24,866 bases of DNA from a virus. Lineage: Duplodnaviria > Caudoviricetes. A program made the position numbers and the translations under genes. Numbering within the stretch: the stretch's first letter is position 1; each line of letters opens with the position of its first letter. The stretch is from the IMG/VR virus record IMGVR_UViG_3300008255_000452, positions 1 to 24,866 of that record; one strand, given 5' to 3'. The notes beneath the pieces are model-generated. The model saw only the letters and a program-made list of their open reading frames with translations, did no database searches and was not told the origin of the DNA. Below, one piece after another: positions 24,524 to 24,866 of this stretch.

Positions 24524-24715
24524 ATGGATGAGCTTACCAAAAGACTGAAAGATTCTAACGATGCATTGCAGTCAAGCCTTGACGAGATGCAGAAGGCGTT
24601 GGATGCCTTTCTTATGGGGCGCGGTGTAATCCAATACGCAAACCGAGACGGACGTCAAAGAGGCCGTTGCAGAAGCAAACAGGCAGGCATCACGCACAGC
24701 CGTTCGGTGCGGTGA
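24524..24715 (+). CDS. Hypothetical protein with N-terminal coiled coil (63 aa)
   Basis: AGGAG RBS; MDELTKRLKDSNDALQSSLDEMQKAL. Confidence 0.65.
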   Translation: MDELTKRLKDSNDALQSSLDEMQKALDAFLMGRGVIQYANRDGRQRGRCRSKQAGITHSRSVR

Positions 24716-24751
24716 CTCAGTGCAATTTTATGATTTTGAAGGGAGAGACTG

Positions 24752-24866
24752 ATGGCTAAAGACGCTAACACGGGCAACCGTAACGCGGGCAACCGTAACG
24801 CGGGCAACCGTAACGCGGGCAACCGTAACGCGGGCAACCGTAACGCGGGCAACCGTAACGCGGGCA
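24752..24866 (+). CDS. NxGxx pentapeptide-repeat protein, 5' part only
   Basis: GGGAG RBS; MAKDA-NTGNR-(NAGNR)5-NAG..., open to the window edge. Confidence 0.8.
   Translation, partial: MAKDANTGNRNAGNRNAGNRNAGNRNAGNRNAGNRNAG
24767..24866 (+). repeat. 15-bp tandem repeat AACGCGGGCAACCGT
   Basis: One variant copy (AACACG...), five identical copies and a 10-nt partial copy cut by the window end. Confidence 0.97.

Larger units (their letters stand above)
1..24866. mobile_element. Tailed dsDNA phage genome segment (podovirus-like Caudoviricetes); free phage or prophage cannot be decided
   Basis: Contiguous terS-terL-portal-scaffold-MCP-adaptor-nozzle-ejection-fibre order plus a replication/recombination module; no tape measure or sheath gene; no host housekeeping genes. 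Confidence 0.96.

Noticed and set aside
24655-24852. (LPALR)n minus-strand ORF
   Set aside because: Antisense reading of the 15-bp repeat; the plus-strand NAGNR frame has the RBS and ATG

Overview
The whole window is part of a tailed dsDNA phage (or prophage) genome with podovirus-like (P22/T7-type short tail) organisation. The host is probably an Alphaproteobacterium, inferred from a GcrA-like gene. On the minus strand, from about 21 kb down to position 1, the order is: Cro-like HTH, VRR-NUC nuclease, AAA_25 RepA-like helicase, a repeat-rich non-coding putative origin, small and large terminase, portal, scaffold, major capsid protein, a Thr-rich decoration protein, an inserted sugar-modification cassette, head-tail adaptor, tail nozzle, GNAT, internal virion/ejection proteins, a 20-codon hydrophobic micro-ORF and a Gly-rich tail fibre that runs off the window. 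The cassette holds an NAD-dependent epimerase, a tri-domain GT2-like/GT8-like/Maf(MptE-like) protein and a second Maf-like paralog broken by one in-frame TAA. The right end holds early genes: Sak4-like AAA_24 ATPase, DUF669 SSB, N6A/N4C DNA methyltransferase, GcrA-like and excisionase-like HTH genes, an acidic protein and an NxGxx pentapeptide-repeat gene in which the window ends. No integrase, CI repressor, lysis genes, tRNA or CRISPR array was seen. The strongest candidate for an undescribed system is the Maf-like glycosylation cassette inside the virion operon. All family calls come from motif recognition and gene order, not from database searches.
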